Of a stretch of DNA of 64,000 bases, positions 11,685-24,674 are shown piece after piece. The position numbers and the translations under genes were made by a program. Numbering within the stretch: the first letter of the stretch is position 1; each line of letters opens with the position of its first letter. Under the pieces are notes generated by a model that was not told where the DNA came from, did not search any database, and saw nothing but the letters and a program-made list of their open reading frames with translations. The DNA is taken from assembly GCF_006345805.1 (NCBI RefSeq), contig NW_021825323.1, positions 558,001 to 622,000 on the forward strand, written 5' to 3'. The stretch is from Octopus sinensis. Its lineage: Eukaryota.

Positions 11685-13140
11685 TATTAGGTATCGTACG
11701 TAAGTTGATGGAGTCGTTATATAGTCTTGATAGTACGGTCCGTGCCCGGGGTCCCAGGTGTTTGAGCTGAACAGCACAAATCCCGTCGGGGCCACAAGCA
11801 CGGGTGGGACGTAGGAATTTAATAGCCTTGTCAACATCATCCGGTGTGAAGAAGGTGGAATACGGTTCTGGTCGTGGTCCGAGCCGTTCAGTATGTGGAG
11901 TGCAAGAGAAGTTTTTATGGCTGATCGATACATAGTACTTCATAATCTTGTTTGCAAGTTTGCGAGCGGGTTCCGAGGAATTGTGGGCAACGGCCTCAGT
12001 TCCTCCGTCCTCCTCGCCGATAAGGCAATTGATCCTTCTTAGCGTTTTCCAGAAGGTGGCGCAGGAATTTCTGTGACATAATCGTCCAACGAGACGACTC
12101 CACTTGAGTCCGTTATTGGTCCGGATCAGTTCAGAAATTTTGATATTCAACGAACGTATAGTATGATATGAGTCATTGGACTTGTTTTTCTTCAGGGCAT
12201 CCCGTTCTTTGATAAGTGATAGGATTTGTGATGTTAATCTTGGATTGAACTTCTTATATGAAGCGACAGGTATAAATAATTTATCAGCTTGCAAAATGAT
12301 AGTAGACAGGATCTTGGCCGTCCTTTCCACCGTGCAATTCTCCATAGAGAGATCGAGCAGGCAGTCGTCCACATACAGCCCGAAACCATTCCAGTTAGCC
12401 TTCGAGTAATTTTTGAACTTCGTAGGGCGGCGCGTTGGACAGAAAGGCCTTCTAAGTGTCAGTACAATGGGGTTATGGTCGCTCGAGGAGCCATAACGAA
12501 CATTCCACGAGATATATCCAGCCAAGGATGGAGTGCAAAGAGACAGGTCCGGGGATGTTGGGCTGTCTCTTCTACGGGTTGGTGTCCTTGTATGAGCGTA
12601 TGGATCGTTTAGGATAGTCAACTTATTGAGTACGGAAAGGATGTACTCGCCACGAATGTCGGCAGGTTGAGACCGGAGCCAGAGCGGATGCTTGGCATTT
12701 AGGTCGCCGCATAGCAGCAAGTCCTTCAGTCCGCAGAGTTTCAATAAGTTGGGTGTGTATTTTGGGATAAAAGAAGTCGTCGAGCTTTGCGGCGGGACAT
12801 ATACATTGCATAATGTAAAATGTCTTGAGGGTGAGAGAGGAACTTCTATGGAGATTTGTTCAAGAATAGGATCGTCTTGACACAGGGAGGAAACGAATGT
12901 TGCAACGTCGGTGAACACAAGCCCATCCTTGATAATTGTCAATAGTCCTCCGCCAAGACATCTCGTCCGGTCCTTTCGCAGTACACTGTAGCCAGGGAAC
13001 CGAGGTGTTGGGGATGACGCGGAGAGTTTAGACTCCTGGATGAGAACAATGTCCACTTTTAGTCGGGATAGGAGGGAGCGTAACTCCAAGACCTTGCTTC
13101 GGACTCCATTGATATTCAGTTGTAGGATAACCAGAGAGTC

Positions 13141-13170
13141 GGGCCCCGGATTCGGTTCCACGTCGCCAGC
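13141..13170 (-). other. 2A-like (StopGo) ribosomal skipping motif AGDVEPNPG/P
   Basis: Codons gct ggc gac gtg gaa ccg aat ccg ggg ccc match the DxExNPGP consensus and lie directly upstream of the APE domain. Confidence 0.85.
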
Positions 13171-13617
13171 CAGATGTAGGAAAGAGAAAGGGAAATTGAA
13201 AGGCAACCCCTCCCAAAGTCGTGGGGAGAGGAGAAGGTAGAACGGTTCTTTTTCATGCAGAATATGCACTGGGCGCAACCACAACAACAGGTGAACCGCA
13301 TCTTTATTTTCAATCCAATTTGGTCAGTTTTTGTCTTTCTTTATCCTTTGACCCTTTGAGGGTGATATGCTGTTCTCAAATTCACTCCAAGAGAGGAACA
13401 TAGAGACTGCCAATCGCCAAAATTTTCATGTGTTTCAATTATTATTTTTTTGTATCATCACTGTACTTGCGATATCTTGGTTTTTCAGTGATCAAACAAT
13501 TTTCGATGACTTGAAAATGGTATATTCCGTAGACGTTAAAGAATAAATTTTAGTAAAAATAAATAAATCAATCAATTAAAATGAATAGGTTCCGAAAAAG
13601 AAGTAGTTTTATTATGA

Positions 13618-15562
13618 CTAAAGTGCTTCTATGGAGTTATCTTCAATTCTAGGGCTTTTATGGCTCCATTTGGAGGACGGTCTAAATATATTTCTATTAT
13701 ATATCTAAAAATATTAGCACATATAATTTTTACATAACAATGAACCAAAAACCCAATAGCATAGATCGGGATTGGAAGAATACAAAAAAGAGCTATCATT
13801 GTATTGATGTTCCGTGACAGTGGTGTTTCGGCTGTACCAGAAACAGCGTAATCGATATAGCCAGAAATAAGAACAAGCTGAAATTTAAAAACAATGACAA
13901 ACTGACCAAACAAGAAACTGGAGTTAAGACCAAAAATGTAGTTTTCCATATAATTCCAGGACGTTTTCCAACCATTAGTTCAATTTCAGTTGCAAATTTT
14001 TCAAAGCCTAAAACTAAAAAAATGAAAATTAACCATAAACATACGCTAAACATGAAATTTCAGACACAGCAACCCACAAATAACCCCAGCTTGTTCCGTT
14101 GTCGTAAATATCCACATAGCCATAACCACCCTAAATAAATGCGATTCAGAAATTTTACTCGGTATGTCATCGGAAGACCAAGGAGAAAGCTTATAAAACA
14201 AATGGCACCACGAACTGCTACACTTGCTTTTTTGCCGCAATTTGGAATCATGTTTACTAAGGGCGTAATAAATCCCTCTGTGCTAGCAATCTAAAAAATG
14301 ATTTTTAAACTATATTACCATTGTCCCGAATCCTAAACAGAACATCATTAAATAAAACAGCGTAGCCCAAAACTGTGCTCCTGGCAGAGCCGAAATGGAA
14401 GCGGGGTAGCTGATAAATACTAACTCACTTCCTATGTATAAATTAAAAATATATATTCCAACCGTGTTTGGTAACTTCAGGAATTGTTTTATTAGACAAA
14501 TAAGCAAGATGTCCTGTAGCTGAAAAAATAGCAAATCCGGAGTAGAACGATGTAAAACTGTTTGCAAACGAAACAAAGAGAACATCAAACAAAAAATTGT
14601 TTTTGTATTTGTTAAAGCTAGATAGTGTAATGATTCCTCCTGAACATGTTGACAGTGAATAAAATATCTGTGTTGATGCTTCTTTCCATACCTGAATATA
14701 ATTAATTTCAAATATATTACCGCTAATGAGGAAATTTTAGATATATCTGGCTGAATATAAAACTGGATCCCAGCTTTTGACCCTTTGAGGGTGACTCCCC
14801 TGATGAGAAGTATAGTCAGAATAATGTATGGCAAAATTGCTGTAAAGTAGACGACCTAATTATATTTTAAAAAAGTATGCATATTACTTTGCCAACAGTT
14901 TTCACTGATCTGGAAAGACTCAAAAATACCATAATCCAGGCAATCGCATATGTCCATGCTAATCCAGAATTGATACTCCCCATGTCACCAATATTTCCTG
15001 TGGTTTGTATTATTTTGTAGCTATTAAATTGCGTCATTCAATATATTACTTAAAGAATTCTGCAGATGCTGTGCCTTTGGTGCCTATTATAGATCAAATA
15101 TTCAATCGAAATACAGTTTATGTTCCAGGAATTGTTACAGGAAGACCATGGTAATGTTTTACTCCACGAATAATACAAATATTGCAAAAATATTGAAACG
15201 AGAATGTTGTAATATATTCCAATAAACATTGAAATAAACACGCAAGAATATCCAATGCCTGGACAATATTAATTTGTTAACATACCTCTAAATATTGGGG
15301 AAATATCCCAGCATTGAATCATATCAAGTCCTGTAAACTGCCCCAATGCAACCTCCAAATAGAGAATCGGAACACCGATAAGAAATAGACTTATTATGTA
15401 GGGAATCAAAAAAATTCCTTATTTAGTTTAAAAATAATTCGAACCTCCTCCATATTTAAAGCACAAGTATGGAAATCGCCAAATATTGCCGAGACCAATA
15501 GCAAAAGACAGCAAAGTTAATATAAACTCGATGCTATTAGACCATTTAAGTTTTTCGCTCAT
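13618..15562 (-). CDS. SLC6/NSS sodium-dependent neurotransmitter or amino-acid transporter, with about 11 introns of 26-31 nt
   Basis: Spliced: [88 protein letters not shown]. Example introns are 15418-15444 and 15259-15285. The subfamily was not resolved. Confidence 0.92.
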
Positions 15563-15689
15563 TTTTTTGTCACATAATTTTTTTTATTTATATTAATTCT
15601 AACCACAAAATTATTTGTTAGCAATAGTTTGTTAATAGCAATTCCGCGTTGCCATAAGCACGTAGTGACTAAGGTTTCGTTCCTGCAGT

Positions 15690-16110
15690 ACTCTCAACTA
15701 TCCTTTTAGCCAGTTTTTTTCATGTACCCTTGTTCTTTGCGCGTTTACAAATATTCTCAAGATCGTCACTTGTTTTTGTCGGCCGTTAATAAATTAGATT
15801 TTAACCACAACTCATTACTAAGGCAGAGGTGAAGCGTGCATCTTGGCCGATTCCGGAATCCAATTCTGTGTTTCAAGAAGTAATCTACAATAATTTCATT
15901 GCAAAGAATCATTTAGTTTATTCTCTGAACATGTCCGAAAAGTCTCTAGCGCGAGGTATCAACTTGCTTGCATAATTTCTATAGAGAGTGTCGTTTTTAA
16001 TAATCTGTGGCCATTTGATAATCGCAATTTTTTTCAATTGATTTCTATAAAAACCGTCCAGTTTTTCAGGTCCATTTTGATGTTACCCATTTTTCTGAGT
16101 TTTATAATAA
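15690..16110 (-). mobile_element. Degenerate RTE-type LINE 3' fragment
   Basis: RLFGHVQR motif and a flanking segment resembling the 49740-50274 fragment. Confidence 0.45.
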
Positions 16111-16494
16111 GATTAATTGAAAAAGAAACTAATTAACTAAGTAATTTTCTAACTAGATCCAGAGCTTTCGAAGTGAGCAGAGGATGGCACTCCACGCACC
16201 TCCTCCCCTTCTTCCTCCTCTTCTCTGGCACTGTAGACCTATGAGAAGGTGGGCAAGATAAATTGTACGAACACATTATACAAAAGTATCTGAAAATTTG
16301 AGGAGATAAGTTTTCTGCGTATTCAGATACTTCACATACAATTCCAACATTTTTTGTGGGCAATGTTTTCAGCATCGCTCAAAAGCGACCAGTACCTTTT
16401 AGTAAACCTCCACTTCTCATCATTGCCTATCGATAGCCGCCAAATCAAAGTTAAGTCTTTTTTTCCGAATTGATATTTTATTAATGGTCATAAC

Positions 16495-18995
16495 TAGGGC
16501 AACCACAAATATGACCTTAAAAATATGACTTTTTTGATCTTATAATTAGAAAATATGACCTTATTGGTTAGAAAAAATGACGTTATGGCCAGATAAATTG
16601 AGCAATCTTTTGGCCCTTTTTCGGAGGACTAAAATTTATAAATAATCAGATTTTTAGTAACAAACCTTATTTTTAAATTTTTTGGACTTGTAGTTATCTA
16701 AATTAAAATAGTCAAAAATTCAAAATTTTAAATAAAATTTTCCTGAGGCTGGGATTTTACCCACAACCACGTACAGTGAAACCTCTCGAATCCGCTGCTT
16801 CTCGAATCCGCCGCTTCTCGAATCCGCTTGTTTTAATCAAAAATTTGAAATTTCCTATGAATGATTCTTGAATCCGCTTGTTTCTCGAATCCGCTCCTCA
16901 AGTATTATGAAAAATAATTTTTTTATCTAATTGTAAGTTAAATTAATTAACATTTTAAAATTCTCATTACACGTTAAATTGTATTTTTGTGATGCGTCGC
17001 TGTGTTAGACTTTCTATCAACGAAAAAATTTCTATACTACGTTATATTTCTGACAACCCATTCGTTTCTGCACCTCAAATTTCCAGGATTTTTTCTTCAC
17101 GGTTAAAAAAGAAAATTTCTCCGAGAACTATAAACGACCTTAAATCAAAATCGGACCTTTTGAATAGGACTGACATCAAAAAATTAAACCTAACGAGAAT
17201 TCCAAAACTCAAATTTAATGAAATTGATGTAGCGATGATAACATGGATTAACTTAATGGAATCTAGTGGAGCAATTCTATCAGATTCGATGTTAATTGCA
17301 AAAGCTCTTAAGTTTGGAAAAAATTTTCCAGAATTTAAAGCAAGTCGTGGGTGGCTAGAAAAGTTTAAATTACGAAATGGTATCAAGTTAAGAAAATTTC
17401 ACGGAGACAGTGGATCAGTAAATCATGATGAAAAATCTATTACTGATTTTAATGAAACAATGAGTTTAAAAATTGAACAATATGGATTGGACAATGTTTA
17501 TAATGCAGATGAAACTGGTGTTTTTTACAAGGCGATTCCTTCCAAAAGTGTGTGTACCAAATCACGGCCTGGAATAAAGTTGTCGAAGGATCGATTTTCG
17601 TTACTATTATGCGCAAATTGTTCTGGTTCCGATAAAAGAAGGCCTGTGATGATAGGAAGATTCAAAAGTCCAAGGTGTTTTAAAAATTTCAACATTGGAA
17701 AATATGTTACCTACACCCATTCCAATAAGGCATGGATGAACCGTGAAATTTTTAACAAGTGGCTCAGTGATTTTGATTGTGAACTTGCAAAGAAAAAAAG
17801 AAAAATTCTACTTGTAATAGATCAATGTCCATCTCATCAAATTATTTAATAATTATACTTAGGAAACAATTATTGAAGAGGAATCAAATGAGAAAAAAGT
17901 TGATCTCTCAGAAGCCTTCAGAGCTCTAGAGATTATTAAAACTTATGCTTCTCAGGTAAATGCAGATATAGATGATCATGAAAATATTATGCAAATTGGG
18001 GAAATGTTAAGAAAATCAATTAAAAAAAATAAAATTTCTGATTTTTTTGAATATAAATAATTTTATGTATTCAGTCATTTGTATATAAAAAGAAATACTT
18101 AATCTATATTGTAAGTTCATATTTCAACTATAAAATATTATTTAAATTGCCTCTCGAATCCGCCGATTTCTCGAATCCGCCGATTTTTTGGTCGGTCCCA
18201 AAATCGGCGGATTCGAGAGGTTTTACTGTACTTCCCAGAAAAACATGGTTAATAAATCATTCACCTTATGTCAGTTCTAGCAGAACTTATATATTATTAA
18301 GAATTAAAATTTATTAAAATAAAACATTAAATAAGGTTTAATATTTTCATCCTTGAAGTTTCTGCCTTTCGCTAAAAGTTTATTTAGCATCGAGAAACTT
18401 CTTTCGACAGATAATGTGGTTCCCGGACATTTCCATAAATACACGAATAATTCAGGAGGGAAATCTCTCAAATTAGCTTCTTGAATGCTATTTCATGGCA
18501 TTGAATTTGTTCTTTTTAAATATTGTGCAATCTCACATGGATCTTTCCCAAAGTCGATAGAATGAATACATTGAATAGCATCTTTAACAGTATAAAAAGT
18601 ACTAGAAACAAGATTTCTGGAATGTGTCTCACTAGGCAGTTTAAATCCCAAAGTTTTAAAAAAAAGTTTGAAAATAGACATCCCTTAATTTGAACAACGG
18701 AATATTTGTTTTGGTCATCATTTCGACCAAGCTAATTGCGAAAGACTCTTCGGAAACCACATCTTTAGAAATCAACTTAATTTGTACATTAAATTTTCCT
18801 GATTCTAATCTCTTTTTGTGTTTCAACGTTTGGCGATGTTGTTCAACGTTGAAACATTTTCCATATTTAACAGGAACACAACATTTTAAACAATAAAGTC
18901 TCCCGTGATCATCCTCTTCGAATTCGTAAGGAAATTTGTTAATTCTATTATATATTTTCTTTTTATTTAATTTTTTAGGTTTAGACATCACAACA
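16495..18995 (-). mobile_element. hAT (CGGBP1-like transposase) internally deleted copy, with a Tigger inserted near its 3' end
   Basis: TIR tagggcaacc at 16495. The N-terminus reads GRLYCLKCCVPV..HRQTLKHKK..TNIPLFKL (18656-18991) and the C-terminus SVERSFSMLNKLL (~18380). The second TIR was not found. Confidence 0.7.
16774..18228 (+). mobile_element. Tigger/pogo transposon, internally deleted
   Basis: 22-bp TIRs cagt(g/a)aaacctctcgaatccgc, TA TSD, and repeated subterminal tctcgaatccgc motifs at both ends. ORF 16989-17849 has a CENP-B HTH (FKASRGWLEKFKLRNGI) and a DDE start (NADETG, NKAWMN) and is truncated after DQCPSH. Confidence 0.93.
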
Positions 18996-19569
18996 AATAT
19001 ATTTAAGCGTGCTTAATCCACCTTGTATAATTGATCAGTTTAGCTTTTTTTGACGAAAATTAAATTGAGTTCTTAAAAATTGTTGGAATTTTACCAATTT
19101 ACAATTCAATTCTAACCTGCGAACAATTAAAATTAAAATACAGTCTAAATAATTTCGGCCAAATTCATATAAATGTAGCTGCACACTTTTTTAATTACTT
19201 AAGCTTCGAAAAAAATTTTCAGGCCTCCTTAGAAAAGCAAAATCCTAGAGTTTCTAATAAACTGACTCCAAAAAACTAAAAAAATAAAAACATAAACTTT
19301 TCCTAAGATAGTATCTAACAGTTAGTTAGTTGATAAGTTGGATCCGACTTTGCTAATATATAAAAACTTGCTGGGTATTAAAAATATTGACTGTTAATTG
19401 ATTTTTCAGAAGAGACTTGAAGTTAACAAATACAAAGTGTGGGACAAGAAGGTCAAAAAACAAAAAGGGGATTTATTATTAATTAGATGTAGTTACTTTA
19501 TAATTTGTAATGCTAGTTATTATAATTCAAAAAATAATAAATAAATTTGTTTGTGTATGTGTTGATTTC

Positions 19570-21879
19570 ATGGATCCAAGATTACCGGTGATTGAAATAT
19601 GTAATGAACTTACTGAAGTATAAATACGTTTATAAATATAGAATATATCATTTCTATCCGAGAACGTCGATAAAATAACAACCTTGCTCAAAAGATTGCC
19701 GTCTGTCTGTGAAAGCCTTCCTTCTGACGTTTTTCTTGGAGTTTTTAACAAACTAATAAAGCCAACAATTGGTAGTGGGGCATCACTTAACGTTAGCTGA
19801 ACTTATCTTCAAATGTTCTCGCAATCTATACAGCGGTGTCTCTTTATACGATGCTCTCTGTCATCTTTTCGTGGTTAGTTGTGTCCATTTATAATAAAAT
19901 AGTGTCTTTGTGGATTAAACAAGAAAGTGTTGGTTGTCTTAGTTGAGAATTTTGTCCCAAAGTTAATAAGTCTTATCTTAATAAAAGGCTTTAACAAAAC
20001 TGCCTCAATCCAGGTTCATTGCATTAATAAACTAATTTAAAGATCATTTCTACAGTGAACTGCTTGTTGTATCAGTCTCCTCGTATGGCAGTCGACAAAC
20101 TATTCCCACAAAGTCCGGGATTCAAACAGAAAATGTTTTTTTCGATATTTTATTAAAACAGGGTCGATTTATTCAAAAGTATTTTTACTTTTGGCGGTAT
20201 ACAAAAATATTTAATATTCAGACGTGGAATATCAGGCTGGGGTCTTTGAGTTACTTAATCACATCTACACACCCGGTGTGCTTCAAAGTGTATTGTCAGA
20301 CTGTTTGGAGGAAGGAATGAATACTATTTTGAATAACCTTAACGAGTCTAACTACGATGAGGTACTTTATTCCCCCAAAATTGGTAGAAAACACGAGAAA
20401 TGTTAAATCTAGTCAATAAAAAAATGTCCACTGGGGTGAGGACTGCGGCTGGCTTGGAAATTTGTGTAGGGGGTTTCAAAATAGGGAAGGGCTGGCTTGA
20501 TTTTAGCGAATGCACAAAAAAGTTTACATATACCGAGATTGTACCTGCTTTAAATGCATTTAGGCATCTGGGGATCTTCCAATCATAATACTTATATCAG
20601 AGATTGTTATATTCACTGCAAATGGTGGTAGCATTGAAGTACATTTGTAGGCTTAGATTTGGTCATAGTGGCTAATGACAGTGTTTATATACAGTTTAAA
20701 TGGCCGGTTGGTCATGCAATCACCATCAGACTGGCTCCCGACGAAAATTCCAGTTCGTTCATTTCTTATCTTGAAAATGAATTTCTTGCCTTCAAAAATC
20801 GAGTTATTTATGCTTCATTGACATAATTTAGACAAACGTGAATGTTTGTGAAAACGCGGAGGAAATGTTATTTTTTGATAATATTAATTAGGAGTTGCAA
20901 CGTGGGAAATACTAATAAATCAGTACAATATTTTGGATTATGTTAGCCCAATAGAGTCGTTAGAGCTTCATCACAGAATAAACCAAAACGTCGTTCAAGC
21001 CTGTTTTTATCAAAGATGACGGCTTGGAATCGAAAGGTATTCTACTTTGTTAATATAATTAAGAATGATAAGCTAAAAAGGGGTTCTTTACCTCGTGTGA
21101 CAAGTGAAGAAGGTCTTTGTTCTACAGATTATATTACCGACAAAAATTCATTAAAAAAGCATGTCGATATTCTCGGAAACAAGGACGGATCATACCAACA
21201 AAGTTCTTTTAATTCATTGGTACCAAATCTCGTGGAACCTTCTCCTAAAGAATTAAAGCATAATTCAAACAATCGTCGCTCAATATGTGGAAATAAGTCA
21301 AATTTGGAAGAAATTAACATTTTTTCTCCAAAAAAGCGTCCCCGTCAAAATTTGGTAAAGACTCCTTCAGTAGATATGGTTGCAAATTCCATGGCAAAGC
21401 GTGTTGACAAATGCATCGAGTTCATTGAACATACAACGAGTAAGCGGACAAGGTTTTGTTATAGTACAAAAATGCATTTGTAGTGAAATTAATATCGCCA
21501 TTCGAAAAGTTTTAAAAGAGAATGAAGGACTAGTTGACAGGACAGAGAAATTAGCACTCAAGATGAGAGGCGAGGACGAGAGAATGCGAGTACTAATTGT
21601 TGCTAATGGTTTATCAGATATCGTCGTCTATTTTATTAAATAAAATAACGGAGACGGTTAAAGTCCATGAAGAAAAGTATACTTTTATTGGTTGTTTTCA
21701 GTATTAATAAGTACGAGGAACAGCTTCTCATAATAAAACAAGAAATGAATAATCTATTAATGGAGATTAATGATGTTTAAATTATATTTACTTAGTATTA
21801 GTTGAAGAAGCCTGAGATTAGTTGTTCTACGGTTAAAAATAAAATGATTGAATATATCAAAGAACAATTCAAAGATTAA
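19570..21879 (+). CDS. SYCP2: SYCP2-like meiotic axial element protein, 17 micro-introns, about 622 aa
   Basis: Seventeen GT..AG introns of 23-29 nt (441 nt in total) leave an 1869-nt open frame. GDVEYQAGVFELL..NESNYDEKTREMLNLVN..WLDF resembles, from recall, the SYCP2 motif GDYELQVGITEAL..DSEFETDCRIFLNLVN..WIDF. It has a helical N-terminus, a low-complexity middle and a coiled-coil-like C-terminus. The start may extend upstream to ~19410. Confidence 0.7.
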
Positions 21880-22867
21880 TCATTTTTGTGATCGTTTTTT
21901 TTTCTTTGTTTATAATAAATTCGATGCTTTTAAATGATTTGATTCAAATAACAGTTTTTATTTTTTGTGGATCCTATTAATATAAAATATAATCGTTTTG
22001 ATGTAATAAAAGATCGGATACTGTGTGGGACGTTGAATTGACGATTTTTTACTAGGGAACTATGAGTTTTTCTTTGAAAAGCAAGAAATATAAAAATTAA
22101 ATATTATATTCTTGCGTATAAAATCACAATATTATTGTTTTTTGGAAATATAAGTGATTATCTGAACCTAAAAACATTGCCTCTTTCGAAGTGCGTATTG
22201 AGATATTCAACTTAATCCACACATTCAAATTCTCGCACAACGATTGAAGTCGATGGGTTTTGAACTTTTTGGACCGCCTCAATATTTTTTTGTTTTCAAA
22301 ACGACCAAAATTTTATTCAAAAAGAATAAATTATTTTTGGTAGAGACCCTACAAAGTGTTCTAAAAACTGAGGTGTTCCAGCTCAGAGGTCTTTTCAAAA
22401 TCGGAGTTCGACTGTTTTCTGTGAAAGATAAAGGCTTTGTCACCATTTTGGGAAGGTGAGGTATAGATACTTAAAAAGCGAATCTGTCATTTAAATGTTG
22501 GGACCTGGTAAATATTCGCAAACTTATCGACTGTTTGGTGAAATCTTAGATACTTGCTACTATTGATTTTAGACGATGGGGTGGGGCTGGGTGGTGATCA
22601 AATTCTATAGACATGAAATTTATCTTCCTTAGTGCGAGAGGGATTACGTGGCGAATTAACGGTCAACATTGTAAGACTGTTTTTTAAAAAGCATTCAGAA
22701 ACGTTGGCTTAGTAGTAATTACACGCGACTAACAATTCAACGAAAATTAAAATTTTTCGGTATAAGCTTTAAAATAAACTCTCATCTTGATAGAAAATTT
22801 CTGATAGATTTTTTCATTTGTTTAAAGTAAAGATTTGATGAAGATCAAGTATTTACAAATTTCAAGG

Positions 22868-23430
22868 ATAATTATTAATTATCGCCTATGTGCGAAAATC
22901 TGTCGCTTTGGGCTGCACAGTTCATCGTGTAGACGCTGTGCTGACCGTATCCCGCGGCTCTTAACGACCTTATCAGGAGAGCTCTGGAAGTCGCCGGAAT
23001 CCCCTCCTTGCTTGAACCCTCTGGGATCGATCGGGGGGACGGGAAAAGGCCTGACGGGATCACTGTGTTTCCCTTCAACAGGGGGAAGCCTCTTACCTGG
23101 GATGCCACGTGTGTGGACTCTTTCTAGCCTCAGAACCTGCTGATGTCCGCATCCGCTCCTGGATCTATTGTCACAACCGCGGAATGCAAAAAGATGCGGA
23201 AATACTCCTCACTTACGGAGAAGTTCCAATTCCTTCCATTCGCGTTTGAGACTTCCGGTTCCTTAGGCAGTAAGGCAATTAGCTTCGTTCAGGAGATCGG
23301 GTCCCGCATGTCTGCTATCACAGGCGACGCCCGCGAATCAAGATGGTTTTTCGAGCGGATATCCCTTGCGATAGTACGCTCTAATTCTTTATCGATCGCG
23401 TCGGTTTCCCGCCGGTTTAATTAATCAACA
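22868..23430 (+). mobile_element. CRE-like RLE retrotransposon, 5'-truncated
   Basis: [40 protein letters not shown]. Confidence 0.85.
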
Positions 23431-23831
23431 TTAATTTTGACAATTTTCAAATCTGGAATCAGATTGCCTAAGGAAAAAAATTATTAATTAGGATAATTTC
23501 AAGGATAATTATAATTTTTAAGTATTTGCAATACTCAGTTTGCAGGGTATACGAGTTTTAACGATATTTCGAAGATATGCGAAAGGATTTTCCTCAAAAT
23601 ATAAAAATGGCTGATTCATTTTGACAACTTTTTGACGAAGAAAACTTTTCGAAATTTTCTCAAATTGCCGAAAAAATGACGGAACCAAATATTGCCAATT
23701 TCGGAGTATTCACTGTACTTGTTCTGGTATCAAATTTAGACATTAAAATTAGAAATCGGTTTGTCGTCAAAAAAAGAGATTATCAATGTTTAAATCCTTG
23801 AAATTAAAATCGCAACTATTAATTCGCATTT

Positions 23832-24674
23832 ATGAACTTTCGTTATTTTCATTGGATTATTATTACATATTTAATATGGGGAATAATTGGAATTTTAGGA
23901 ACAATTTTAATTTGGAATAACGACAAAACTACAAATATTTCTTACCCAATTCCCTACATAAGGTAAAATTTTACAGTCCTTAAAAATAGTGATATCGCAA
24001 ATGAACGTCCTCAAAGTTCCTTTTTTTCGTTATTCTTCACTATTTCATTTCTAAATGGTTTGTTAGTTAATTTATACAATAGCATTAATTATCGAATTGA
24101 TTATTTTATTTCGCAATCGTCGCGAACTAACAATTTTGAATAAATCTCAACGTTTAAATAATTTTTTATTCGTTAATGCTATTATAACAGTATTTGGACT
24201 TTTGATTCCAGTGAATTTCCAAGTATTTTTGTTTATTTAAAAGTTTATAGCTCGACCCACTTTCGAAGTTACACTTGTATGCTGCTCTCGTCGGGTTTAT
24301 TGGAAATACATTTGGAGTTTGTTTGCTCTCTGTGGTCTCTACTATGCTTTACCCAAAGTTCAAGTGTAAGAAAGATATCATAATTCAATGGATATTATCA
24401 AGTTTATTGTTCATTTCATTTTCATTGTGTATTTTATTTTTTTATTAAAAATTATAGATTTTATATTTTTAATATGTGCAAAAATAAATGAGAGTAAAGT
24501 ATGATTTGTTTTGTTATAAAATAGGTATTTTATACTGTGAGTTCGGTTTTTGAATGGGCAATGTTGGTAGTTATGTATTTCTATTTTGGTTCTTATTATT
24601 TTGAATTTCGGAAACTCGGAATCGACATCTTGTGGAGTGAAACATCTAGAAATTGTCAAATTTCAATTAATTAA
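23832..24674 (+). CDS. DRAM/TMEM150 (Frag1/DRAM/Sfk1) family membrane protein, 5 micro-introns, 235 aa
   Basis: Introns 23963-23989, 24058-24082, 24223-24250, 24429-24457 and 24499-24524 give a 708-nt frame: PIPYISDIANERPQSSFF..LLIPVNFQ..LHLYAALVGF..VSSVFEWAM..YYFEFRK. Confidence 0.85.

Larger units (their letters stand above)
9732..13331 (-). mobile_element. ~3 kb single-ORF APE-RT LINE (Ingi/Vingi-like candidate) with an N-terminal 2A-like peptide, interrupted by a Ginger-type MITE
   Basis: 14-bp TSD TGTCTTTCTTTATC at 9718-9731 and 13332-13345, with a (TAAA)n tail. APE motifs ILQLNING, LIQESK, CGDLNAKH and SDHNPI; RT motifs PQGSP and YADD. Excising the MITE restores RTIPNIWKNSLITPILKPGKP. 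One frameshift near 10430. Confidence 0.9.

Noticed and set aside
11653-11690. Apparent C-terminus MSRALRAIER of the 544-aa ORF
   Set aside because: It is read-through into the MITE TIR. The real frame continues into the RT after excision.
13250-13420. Possible HDV-like ribozyme at the 5' end of the 2A LINE, as in L1Tc/Ingi
   Set aside because: I could not identify the nested double-pseudoknot by eye. It needs a covariance-model or RNArobo search.
16130-16440. Cys-containing ORF 16133-16375 as a transposase tail or host exon
   Set aside because: No recognisable motif, termini or consistent splice model.
21950-22800. Candidate minus-strand micro-intron gene between the SYCP2-like gene and the CRE copy
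   Set aside because: Some exon-like frames exist, but no complete stop-free model or recognisable product could be built.
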